From Anaerolineales bacterium (lineage in GTDB: Bacteria; Chloroflexota; Anaerolineae; Anaerolineales; Villigracilaceae): a DNA stretch of 35,039 bases. The translations under genes and the position numbers were made by a program. Of this stretch, positions 27,521 through 35,039 are shown piece by piece. The stretch's first letter is position 1. Every line of letters begins with the position of its first letter. Location: the NCBI GenBank assembly GCA_036833655.1, contig DAITPI010000001.1:1-35039 (forward strand), read 5' to 3'. Under the pieces are notes generated by a model, which saw nothing but the letters and a program-made list of their open reading frames with translations, ran no database searches and had not been told where the DNA came from.

Positions 27521-28922
27521 GCCATTGTTCAAACCCCTCGAGGGGGCCACAGGACGATACACACTGCTGGGCGTGCTCTTCGGCGTTCTGTTCCCCGTGG
27601 TGGCTACGCTTCTCCAGATGGTTTTTGAGCGTTTGCCGGTTGAATTGCACAGCATGATCGAGGTCCAGAGGAACAATCCGTTACTATGGATCATCGATAC
27701 GGCTCCGCTATTCCTGGGGCTGCTTGCTGCCCTGGCAGGTCGGCGGCAGGAGGCTGTGCAAGAAGCAAATGCTGCCCTGGCACTCCGTGAGACACAAATG
27801 CAGATGGTCCAGGAGAGCATCGAGCGTCAGGTCCATGATCGTACAGCCGAGCTCGAAGAAGCAAACAGGCAAATAGCACGCCGCGCAGCGCAGCTGAAAA
27901 CGATCACAGAGCTCTCCGAAGCCATCGCGGATGTGCAGGATCTGAACGAGCTCTTGCCCGCAGTCACCCGGCTGATCAGCGAACAGTTTGGTTTCTATCA
28001 TGTCGGCGTCTTCCTCGTGGATCGCGACCGCGAATATGCGGTTCTGCAGGCCGCCAACAGCGAGGGCGGAGAGCGCATGCTCCGGCGCGCTCACCGGCTG
28101 AGACTCGGCGTCGGGGTGGTCGGTTTCTGTGCCCAGACCGGACAACCTCGCATCGCCCTGGACGTGGGCACCGACGCAGTCTTTTTCAACAATCCTGATC
28201 TTCCTGAGACGCACTCCGAGGTAGCCCTACCACTCGAGGCGCGCGGCGAGACAATCGGCGTCCTCGACGTACAGAGCACGGAGACGGGCGCTTTCTCGGC
28301 TGAGGATCTGCAGGTCTTGACAGCGCTTGCCAACCAGGTCTCCATCGCGCTGGAAAACGCCCGCCTGCTGACAGAGGCGCGAGCCGCGTACACGCAGATG
28401 CAGGAAGTCTATAACGAGTTCACACGAGTAGAGTGGAGCCGGACCATTGCCCAGACGAAGCAAGCTGGTTTCCGTTACCAGGCCGGTCGCATCGAGTTGC
28501 TCGAGAATGCGTTGGAGAATCCAGAAGTCATTTCGGCGGTCGAGGCTGGCGAGGTGGTGGTCGAACAGTCCAATGGCTCGGCCGAGAGGCGCCCCGTTCT
28601 GGCGGTGCCGGTCAAGTTGCGCGGCGAGATTATCGGCGTTCTGCACATCGAATCGAGCGATCCAATCCGACAGTGGCAGGATGAAGAGGTCAGCCTGATA
28701 CAGGCCGTGGCGGAGCGAGTGGCATTTGCGATGGAAAACGCCCGCCTCTTCCAGGATGCACGCCGCCGGGCTGCCAAGGAACGCTTGATTTCCGAGGCGA
28801 CGAGCCGCATTAGCAATGCGTTCAACGTTGAGAATATCTTGCAGGCGACGGCAGAAGAGCTCGAGCGAGTGCTGGGCGGCTCCGAGATATCCATTCAGTT
28901 TCAAAGCAGGGAGCGATCGTGA
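27513..28922 (+). CDS. Membrane receptor: short 2-TM N-terminal domain + coiled coil + GAF + split-GAF tail
   Basis: GVLFGVLFP...NPLLWIIDTAPLFLG N-terminus; FGFYHVGVFL; DAVFFNNPDLPETHSEVALPL; VPVKLRGEIIG; ILQATAEEL. Confidence 0.88.
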   Translation: MNKPLFKPLEGATGRYTLLGVLFGVLFPVVATLLQMVFERLPVELHSMIEVQRNNPLLWIIDTAPLFLGLLAALAGRRQEAVQEANAALALRETQMQMVQESIERQVHDRTAELEEANRQIARRAAQLKTITELSEAIADVQDLNELLPAVTRLISEQFGFYHVGVFLVDRDREYAVLQAANSEGGERMLRRAHRLRLGVGVVGFCAQTGQPRIALDVGTDAVFFNNPDLPETHSEVALPLEARGETIGVLDVQSTETGAFSAEDLQVLTALANQVSIALENARLLTEARAAYTQMQEVYNEFTRVEWSRTIAQTKQAGFRYQAGRIELLENALENPEVISAVEAGEVVVEQSNGSAERRPVLAVPVKLRGEIIGVLHIESSDPIRQWQDEEVSLIQAVAERVAFAMENARLFQDARRRAAKERLISEATSRISNAFNVENILQATAEELERVLGGSEISIQFQSRERS

Positions 28923-31906
28923 ATTCGATGCAGAACTCGCGCCCCTCCGACGCCACCCCCACCCGGCATGGCGCTCTATGGCTCTGGATTGCGGGACTGG
29001 CAACGTTACTCTTTGTGGGGTCAGAGCTGGTCGCCCTCGTAACAGGTCAAAGCGGCAAAGTCTGGGTGGTGCTGCCAGTCATTATCGCTGCGCCGATTGC
29101 CTTCTGGTTGATGAGGACGGGCAGACAGATTCCCGGAACCCTGCTCCTGATGATCGCCGTCGGAACCCAATCGATCCCGATGTCGTTCATCCAAAGAGGG
29201 CTTGGTATTCCGAGCGCGCTGACGGCCTGGGTCTTGATCAGCGGGATTGCCATTGCAACCCTGCCTCGCCAACATGTTGGACGCGTCATGTTGGCAGCCC
29301 TGGCTGTTTCCCTGGCAGCGATCCTGGTGGATCTGTTGGGCAGCCCGGCGCGACCGGCAGCCGAGCTGGTCGCAGGTCGCTGGATATTTTCTCTGGCGAT
29401 GGTGTTGATCTTTGGCGTCCTCTTTACGAGGGAGCTCCTTGCCCTGGATATCCGTGCAAAGATCGTCCTGGGTATCCTAAGCACCGGGGGCCTGGCGTTG
29501 AGCGTTCTGGTGGCATTTGCTCTTTACCAGACCCAGCAGATTACATCTGCCCTGTCCACCCGGCTGGATCGAAGTGTGAGCCAGCTAGCGGAAGAACAGC
29601 TGATCAACACGGCCTGGACCGAAGCCAACCACGCGGATCAAGCCTTTGAAGATATCTCCAGAGAGATCCTGAACCTCTCGCAAAACTGGGTCCTGTTGCG
29701 AGGCCAGCCAAACGCCCTTGCGAAAGGGTCCTACTGGGACGCCAGTTCCAGGCTTGTAAGGTTTGATGGCGGCCAGTATGGCAATTTAGATAATGCGCCA
29801 TCCTCTGTCTTTGTCCCGGCAGGGACGGCGCTGGACGATGCCGTAGTCCGAGACTTGAACATCTCTGCCTACCTTGATTTCCATGCCCCGGCCGTCTTGC
29901 AGGCGCATCCGTCCCTGCTTGCCATATATGCGATCGACACGCGCGGGATTACGCGTTATTACCCCAATATCGGCCTGGCTGCCCTGCTGCCGCCGGATTT
30001 TGACGCAACGAGCCGTCCTTACTTTACGATCTCATCGCCGCTATTCAACCCGGACCGCAAAGCGCGCTGGACGATCCCATACCTGGACGCAACCGGCGGC
30101 GGGCCGGTCGTGACAGTCGCAGTGCCAGTATACGATGGCAACCATTTTGCCGGTGTGGTCGCGGCAGACATGCAGCTCACACAGATTACCGAGCAGATCA
30201 ACACGATCAAGCTCGGCGAGACTGGGTATGCCTTCCTGCTCGATGATGCGGGCCGTATTCTCTCTATGCCGCCTGCCGGCTTCCAGATGTTTGGCATCCG
30301 GCCCGAAGATCTCCGCAGCGAGGAGTTTTACAAGCAGACCCTCATCGGCTCAGGCAGCGCAGAGCTCCAGTCAGTGACGCGGCGGATGACAGCCGGCGGG
30401 AACGGGCTGCTGACCGTGGATGCGCATGGAGCGGATACATATATTTCCTTTGCACCGATCAGGACCAACGGTTATAGTGTGGCGCTGGTCGTTCCGGTCT
30501 CAGAATTACAGGGAGCGATTGCATCCGCGCGAAACCAGACGCAGCAACAAATCCGTTCTGCTGCCCAGCTCGCAGCCCTGCTACTGGTCGTGCTGCTCAC
30601 GGTAGCCATAGTGGTCAGCCTGGGACTCGGACAGATCATCGCCGCGCCGATCAGGCGACTTACGAACGTAGCGACACAGATCGCCGGTGGAGACCTCTCC
30701 GCGCAGGCAACCGATACCAGCCCGGACGAGATCGGTACGCTGGCATCGTCCTTCAACATTATGACGTCGCGCCTGCGGGAGACTCTGGACGGGCTCGAGC
30801 AAAAAGTAAAGGAACGGACTGCCGAGCTGCTGGCAGCCAATGAGAAGAATGAGCGGCGCGCCCGGCAATTCGAGTCCATTGCTCTGGTCGCCCGAACGAT
30901 CGGCTCCACTCGCGACCTCGATATTTTGCTTCCTCAAATCACGACGGTCATCAGCCGCGAATTCGGCTTCTATCATGTGGGTATCTTCCTGCTGGATGGT
31001 GCCAAGGAGTATGCGGTCCTGAGTGCGGCCAACAGCGACGGTGGAGAAATTATGCTGGCGCGTGGTCACCGGCTAAAGGTCGGTGAGACGGGCATCGTTG
31101 GCCATGTGGCCGCGACCGGTAATCCGCGCGTCGCCCTCGATACGGGAGCGGATGCCGTCTTCTTCAACAATCCGGATCTGCCGAATACGCGCTCGGAGAT
31201 GGCGCTCCCCCTGCGTGCAGGCACGGAGATCATTGGGGCGCTCGATGTGCAAAGCACCGAGCCCAACGCGTTCTCGCAGGAGGACATCAGCATCCTGTCC
31301 ACGCTTGCCGAACAGGTCAGTATCGCGATCCAGAACGCGAAACAATTTGAACAGACCAGCAAGGCGTTGAGCGAGGCGGAGGCGCTCGCAAAGCAATTCG
31401 TCCAGGCCGGCTGGCAACAGTTTACAAAGAACAAGCGATTAGTTGGCGTACGCCACACCGGCGCGCGGTCTACGCTGCTTTATGGCAAGAACGGCGACGC
31501 TCCCGAGAACGCTCCCTGGCAAAAGGAGCCAATCAACCCGAGACCCCGCGGTTCGTCGCTCTCGATTCCCATACGACTCCGCGGGGAGGTAATTGGAACT
31601 GTGGACGTCCACTCGCCAGATAACCGTCCGTGGGACCAGGATGAGCTGGATATTGTCGCGGCGATCCTGGAACGCGCAGCCATCGCTATGGACAACGCCC
31701 GCCTCGTGGAGGAGTCACAACGGCTCGCCTCCAAGGAGGCGAGGATTGGCGAGGTCACAGCCCGGATCAGTTCCTCCATCAACATGCGCAGCGTATTGCA
31801 GACGGCAGTGGAGGAGCTGGGGCGCGCCTTACCCGGTTCGGAAATCGTCATCCAGTTCCAGGCTGAACACAACAAGAACAAAGCGTCCCAGCCGCCGAGA
31901 CCCTGA
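28919..31906 (+). CDS. Membrane receptor: multi-TM + dCache_1 + HAMP + GAF + split-GAF tail
   Basis: GTG start overlapping the previous stop (alternative ATG 28928); dCache motifs FDATSRPYF, WTIPYLDA, GVVAAD, LGETGYAFLLD..G; HAMP PIRRL...DEIGTLASSFNIM; GAF and tail as in paralogs. Confidence 0.9.
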   Translation: MNSMQNSRPSDATPTRHGALWLWIAGLATLLFVGSELVALVTGQSGKVWVVLPVIIAAPIAFWLMRTGRQIPGTLLLMIAVGTQSIPMSFIQRGLGIPSALTAWVLISGIAIATLPRQHVGRVMLAALAVSLAAILVDLLGSPARPAAELVAGRWIFSLAMVLIFGVLFTRELLALDIRAKIVLGILSTGGLALSVLVAFALYQTQQITSALSTRLDRSVSQLAEEQLINTAWTEANHADQAFEDISREILNLSQNWVLLRGQPNALAKGSYWDASSRLVRFDGGQYGNLDNAPSSVFVPAGTALDDAVVRDLNISAYLDFHAPAVLQAHPSLLAIYAIDTRGITRYYPNIGLAALLPPDFDATSRPYFTISSPLFNPDRKARWTIPYLDATGGGPVVTVAVPVYDGNHFAGVVAADMQLTQITEQINTIKLGETGYAFLLDDAGRILSMPPAGFQMFGIRPEDLRSEEFYKQTLIGSGSAELQSVTRRMTAGGNGLLTVDAHGADTYISFAPIRTNGYSVALVVPVSELQGAIASARNQTQQQIRSAAQLAALLLVVLLTVAIVVSLGLGQIIAAPIRRLTNVATQIAGGDLSAQATDTSPDEIGTLASSFNIMTSRLRETLDGLEQKVKERTAELLAANEKNERRARQFESIALVARTIGSTRDLDILLPQITTVISREFGFYHVGIFLLDGAKEYAVLSAANSDGGEIMLARGHRLKVGETGIVGHVAATGNPRVALDTGADAVFFNNPDLPNTRSEMALPLRAGTEIIGALDVQSTEPNAFSQEDISILSTLAEQVSIAIQNAKQFEQTSKALSEAEALAKQFVQAGWQQFTKNKRLVGVRHTGARSTLLYGKNGDAPENAPWQKEPINPRPRGSSLSIPIRLRGEVIGTVDVHSPDNRPWDQDELDIVAAILERAAIAMDNARLVEESQRLASKEARIGEVTARISSSINMRSVLQTAVEELGRALPGSEIVIQFQAEHNKNKASQPPRP

Positions 31907-31910
31907 AACT

Positions 31911-33623
31911 ATGAATTCCTTGACCCAATTTTTTGCCTCTACCGAAGACAAGGATCCCAACTTTGTCCGGTTGACGCGCAATATTCTCGTATTCACCCTG
32001 ATCGCCACCGTGCTTTCGGCGGTTGCCGTAGCGATCACGGCCAACTCGCGCGCCCTGATCCTGACCCTCGCGGTGCTGGGCATGGCGAGTCTGCTTGAGC
32101 TTGCCGCGCTCCTCCTTGCGCTGCGCGGCAGACTGGCTCTGGCAAAGATCGTTGTGCCCGCGATTTTGCTCGTGGCCGTGACGCTCATTGCCGTGGGCAC
32201 GAACACCATCCACGATGTCTCTGTGATGGCATACCCGGTGATCATCATCATCGCCACCCTGTTGCAGGGCAGACGTGCGCTCGTTGTGACGACTCCACTT
32301 GCCGTGGCAGCCATTATTTTCCTTGGCATCCTGGATATGACCGGGAACAGCAGGAGTCCCCTCAGCTCCAGGACCGGGCTGGACGACATTATCGCAGGCG
32401 TGGTGCTGGTCCTGGTCAGCGCAGGGATCCTCAATTTGGTCATCGGGCGACTGAGGACAGCGCTCGCCACAACCGAGGCAAACGAGCAGGCGCTGCTGGA
32501 AGCCAACCGTGAGCTGAAAGCCCTGCAAGCAACGCTTGAGCAGCGCGTCGAAGAAAGAACTGACGAGCTTACCCAGCGGGGCGTGGAGCTCGAATCTGCC
32601 AACCGCCAGATTCAGCGCAGGGCAGCCCAATTAGAGGCGCTAGCCCGGGTGATGAAAGCGATCACATCCGTGCGTGACCTTGGGGAGTTGCTACCCCAGA
32701 TTGCCACGGTCATCAGTGAGAAATTTGGCTTTTATCATGTCGGTGTTTTCTTAGTGGATGAGGCGAATGCGTATGCCATCCTCAGCGCAGCAAACAGCGC
32801 AGGTGGGCAGAAAATGTTGGCCCGCAAGCACCGTCTGCGCGTGGGCCAGGAAGGGATCGTCGGGTTTGTCACGGCGACGGGAGAGCCGCGCGTTGCGATG
32901 GACGTTGGCAGCGACCCTGTCTTCTTCGATAATCCGGACCTGCCAGAGACCCACTCGGAGATGGCGCTGCCTCTCCGCATGCAAAAGCAAATCGTGGGCG
33001 CGTTGGACGTACAGAGCACAGAAACCGGCGCATTCACAGACGAGGACGTTCAAATGCTCAGCCTGCTGGCAGACCAGGTCAGTCTCGCGATCGAGACAGC
33101 ACGCCTTTTCGATGAAACCCGCGTCGCCCTGGCGGAGGCCGAAGCCGTCAGCCGCCAATTTACACGTGAGGCCTGGTCGCGCCTCCCTGTGGAGCATAAC
33201 TTGATCGGCTATCGCTACAGCGTTGCCGGCGCGTCGCCGCTGGCGGAGCCGGTCGATTTGCCAGAGAAGGCTCGGGGCAGGCAGGCGGATACGGGCCAAG
33301 TGGCTGTGCCAATCCAGCTCCGTGGCGAAACGATCGGGACGCTCGTGATTCAATCGCCATCCGGTGAAGAGCTGAATCAGGACCAGCTCGATTTGATCCG
33401 AGCGGTAGCGGAGCGCGTCGGTCTTTCCGCCGAGAACGCCCGGCTTTTTGAAGAAACCACACGGCGTGCCGAGCGGGAGAGACTGGTTTCCGACATAACT
33501 GGCAAAATACGGAGCAACGCCGATCCCCAGGCAATGATCCAGACTGCGATCGATGAGCTACGAAAAGCATTGGGCGCCACGCGTGTGGAAGTGATACCAC
33601 AGGCGATACGGGACGGTAGGTAA
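31911..33623 (+). CDS. Membrane receptor: multi-TM + coiled coil + GAF + split-GAF tail
   Basis: Start ATG 31911, 4 nt after the previous stop; LEQRVEERT; DPVFFDNPDLPETHSEMALPL; VPIQLRGETIG; MIQTAIDEL. Confidence 0.88.
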   Translation: MNSLTQFFASTEDKDPNFVRLTRNILVFTLIATVLSAVAVAITANSRALILTLAVLGMASLLELAALLLALRGRLALAKIVVPAILLVAVTLIAVGTNTIHDVSVMAYPVIIIIATLLQGRRALVVTTPLAVAAIIFLGILDMTGNSRSPLSSRTGLDDIIAGVVLVLVSAGILNLVIGRLRTALATTEANEQALLEANRELKALQATLEQRVEERTDELTQRGVELESANRQIQRRAAQLEALARVMKAITSVRDLGELLPQIATVISEKFGFYHVGVFLVDEANAYAILSAANSAGGQKMLARKHRLRVGQEGIVGFVTATGEPRVAMDVGSDPVFFDNPDLPETHSEMALPLRMQKQIVGALDVQSTETGAFTDEDVQMLSLLADQVSLAIETARLFDETRVALAEAEAVSRQFTREAWSRLPVEHNLIGYRYSVAGASPLAEPVDLPEKARGRQADTGQVAVPIQLRGETIGTLVIQSPSGEELNQDQLDLIRAVAERVGLSAENARLFEETTRRAERERLVSDITGKIRSNADPQAMIQTAIDELRKALGATRVEVIPQAIRDGR

Positions 33624-33646
33624 TGATGGAGCAAAGGAGAGGAACC

Positions 33647-34432
33647 ATGGCTTTCACAATTGCGATCTCGAATGAAAAGGGTGGTGTTGCCAAGACGACG
33701 TCCACGCTGTCGCTGGGCGCGGCGCTGGCGGAACTGGACCATCGCGTGCTATTGGTCGACCTCGACCCGCAGGCGAACCTGAGTCTGGCGCTCGGGCTCG
33801 AAGGCGCCGATGTGGAGATCACCTCGGCAAATGTGCTGATCGAAAACGCGGCGATCAAGAGCGCGATCCGACGGACCGAGGTCAACAACCTGGATCTTGT
33901 CCCATCGAACTCGCGCATCGAAACCGCCGAGCAATTCCTGCCGATGCGCAGCCACTACATGTCCACGCTTCACAACGCCCTGCAATCGGTCCCGCTCCCC
34001 TACGACTATATTCTCCTGGATTGTCCTCCCGCCCTGGGAGCCATCACGCTCAATGCGCTGTCGGCCGCGGACCTGCTAATCATTCCCACGCAAGCCGAAT
34101 ATTTCTCTGCGTATGCTTTGCGCAACATGATGGGCATGATTCGGCGCGTCCGGCAGGTGAGTAATCCCAATCTTGCTTACCGGATTCTCGTCACTTTACT
34201 GGACCGTCGCAATCGGACCCATCGTAACATCTTCGAGCAGTTGCAGGCTACCTTTGGGCAGGGTGTCTTTACGACCGTGATCGAGATTGACACCAAGTTG
34301 CGCGAAAGCCCGATCGCTGGCGTACCAATTACACAATACCGGCCGACAAGCCGGGGCTCCCAGCAGTATCGGGTCCTTGCCCAGGAGTTAATCGAATATG
34401 CCAAAGAAGAAGCCAATCGACAAACGGCTTAA
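33647..34432 (+). CDS. ParA/Soj-family ATPase (orphan, no parB adjacent)
   Basis: Deviant Walker A NEKGGVAKTT, DLDPQANL, YDYILLDCPP, AAD..IIP.Q.E; AGGAGAGGA RBS before ATG 33647. Confidence 0.93.
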   Translation: MAFTIAISNEKGGVAKTTSTLSLGAALAELDHRVLLVDLDPQANLSLALGLEGADVEITSANVLIENAAIKSAIRRTEVNNLDLVPSNSRIETAEQFLPMRSHYMSTLHNALQSVPLPYDYILLDCPPALGAITLNALSAADLLIIPTQAEYFSAYALRNMMGMIRRVRQVSNPNLAYRILVTLLDRRNRTHRNIFEQLQATFGQGVFTTVIEIDTKLRESPIAGVPITQYRPTSRGSQQYRVLAQELIEYAKEEANRQTA

Positions 34433-35039
34433 GAATCTATTCGAGGCTATAAAACCCGAACAAACTCCTGCGGAACTGAACCCCGCAGCGCCTACGCGCG
34501 TCCCCGAAGTGCCTGCGCCTCAGCCCCCGGCGGCTACGCCTGCCAAAGAGACACGGCAACCCGTCGAAGCAACGACCGCGGTCTCCCGCTCAGACTCTGC
34601 GATGTCCCTGGCATTCCAGACCGGGCAAGATTCCTGGGCGACATTACAGGTAGCCGCTGAAGGCGAAGAACGCAACTGGACTCGTGACGAACAGTTACTC
34701 GTGAAGCAGGTAGCGGATCAGCTCTCGCTGGCGTTGGAGAATGCCAGGCTATTCCAGGAGACCCAGGCGCGGGCGGAGGAACTCAGCGTTCTCAATGAGA
34801 TGGCTCGCGAGCTTTCCACCAAGCTCGAAGTTTCGAACATTGCGCAAGTCGTCTATCGCTATGCCAGTCGCCTGATGGATACCAGCAATTTCTTTTTCGC
34901 CCTCTACGATGCCGGGAGCAAGGAGAAGAGTTTCCCGTTGGTTATTGAGGAAGGGCAGCCTGTTCAACTGGCGCCGATAAAGGTGGGAAATAGCGGTTTC
35001 ACAGATTACATCATTCGCAACCGGAAGGCGGTATTCGCT
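34398..35039 (+). CDS. GAF-domain signalling protein, 3'-truncated by the window edge (absent from the supplied ORF track)
   Basis: ATG 34398 with AGGAG RBS, 214 open codons: MPKKKPIDKRLKNLF, Pro/Ala-rich linker, half-GAF ...NWTRDEQLLVKQVADQLSLALENARLFQET, then the start of a full GAF (LNEMARELS...NFFFALYD...GFTDYIIRNRK). Confidence 0.88.
   Translation, partial: MPKKKPIDKRLKNLFEAIKPEQTPAELNPAAPTRVPEVPAPQPPAATPAKETRQPVEATTAVSRSDSAMSLAFQTGQDSWATLQVAAEGEERNWTRDEQLLVKQVADQLSLALENARLFQETQARAEELSVLNEMARELSTKLEVSNIAQVVYRYASRLMDTSNFFFALYDAGSKEKSFPLVIEEGQPVQLAPIKVGNSGFTDYIIRNRKAVFA

Noticed and set aside
28816..29649. 277-aa alternative-frame + strand ORF
   Set aside because: Overlaps two well-supported receptor genes in another frame; Arg/Pro/Ser-rich composition typical of off-frame GC-rich sequence.
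15604..33623. Phytochrome/cyanobacteriochrome photoreceptors or classical MCPs
   Set aside because: The GAFs lack a conserved chromophore Cys/CH or DIP motif; there is no MCP hairpin signature and no cheA/cheW/cheR/cheB in the window.
17693..33623. Receptors as pseudogenised (truncated) histidine kinases
   Set aside because: All end at the same structural position with conserved motifs and are tightly coupled to the next start; no kinase remnants follow the stops.
33647..34432. Chromosome or plasmid partition locus (parABS)
   Set aside because: No parB, replication gene or parS-like palindrome seen nearby; the gene is embedded in a signalling operon.
14543..35039. Genomic island integrated at tRNA-Gly
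   Set aside because: No integrase or transposase, no repeat of the tRNA 3' end seen, an intact terminator follows the tRNA, and no obvious compositional shift by eye. The far end lies outside the window, so it is not fully excluded.

Overview
GC-rich bacterial chromosomal window; gene content and protein style suggest Chloroflexota, probably Anaerolineae (inference). The left 14.7 kb is mostly housekeeping: a heterodimer-type ABC exporter subunit, panB plus an unassigned 421-aa protein, sucCD, acpP, type-2 IPP isomerase, an orphan LivK-like binding protein, a HAD hydrolase, an ABC-2 trio, a short-chain polyprenyl synthase and tRNA-Gly(CCC). At the far left a small GIY-YIG nuclease gene sits between two ~89% identical, highly structured REP-like direct repeats, apparently between two ABC exporter genes. 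The right 20 kb is one tightly coupled + strand operon: two single-domain DivK-like receivers, one soluble multi-GAF protein, eight paralogous membrane receptors, a ParA-family ATPase, and a truncated GAF protein with a basic N-terminal peptide. The receptors have variable inputs (TM bundles, Cache, HAMP) and a shared cytoplasmic GAF + half-GAF + half-GAF module with no enzymatic output domain. This operon is the best candidate for an undescribed system: a chemosensory-array-like signalling complex built on GAF modules instead of MCP/CheW and possibly positioned by ParA.
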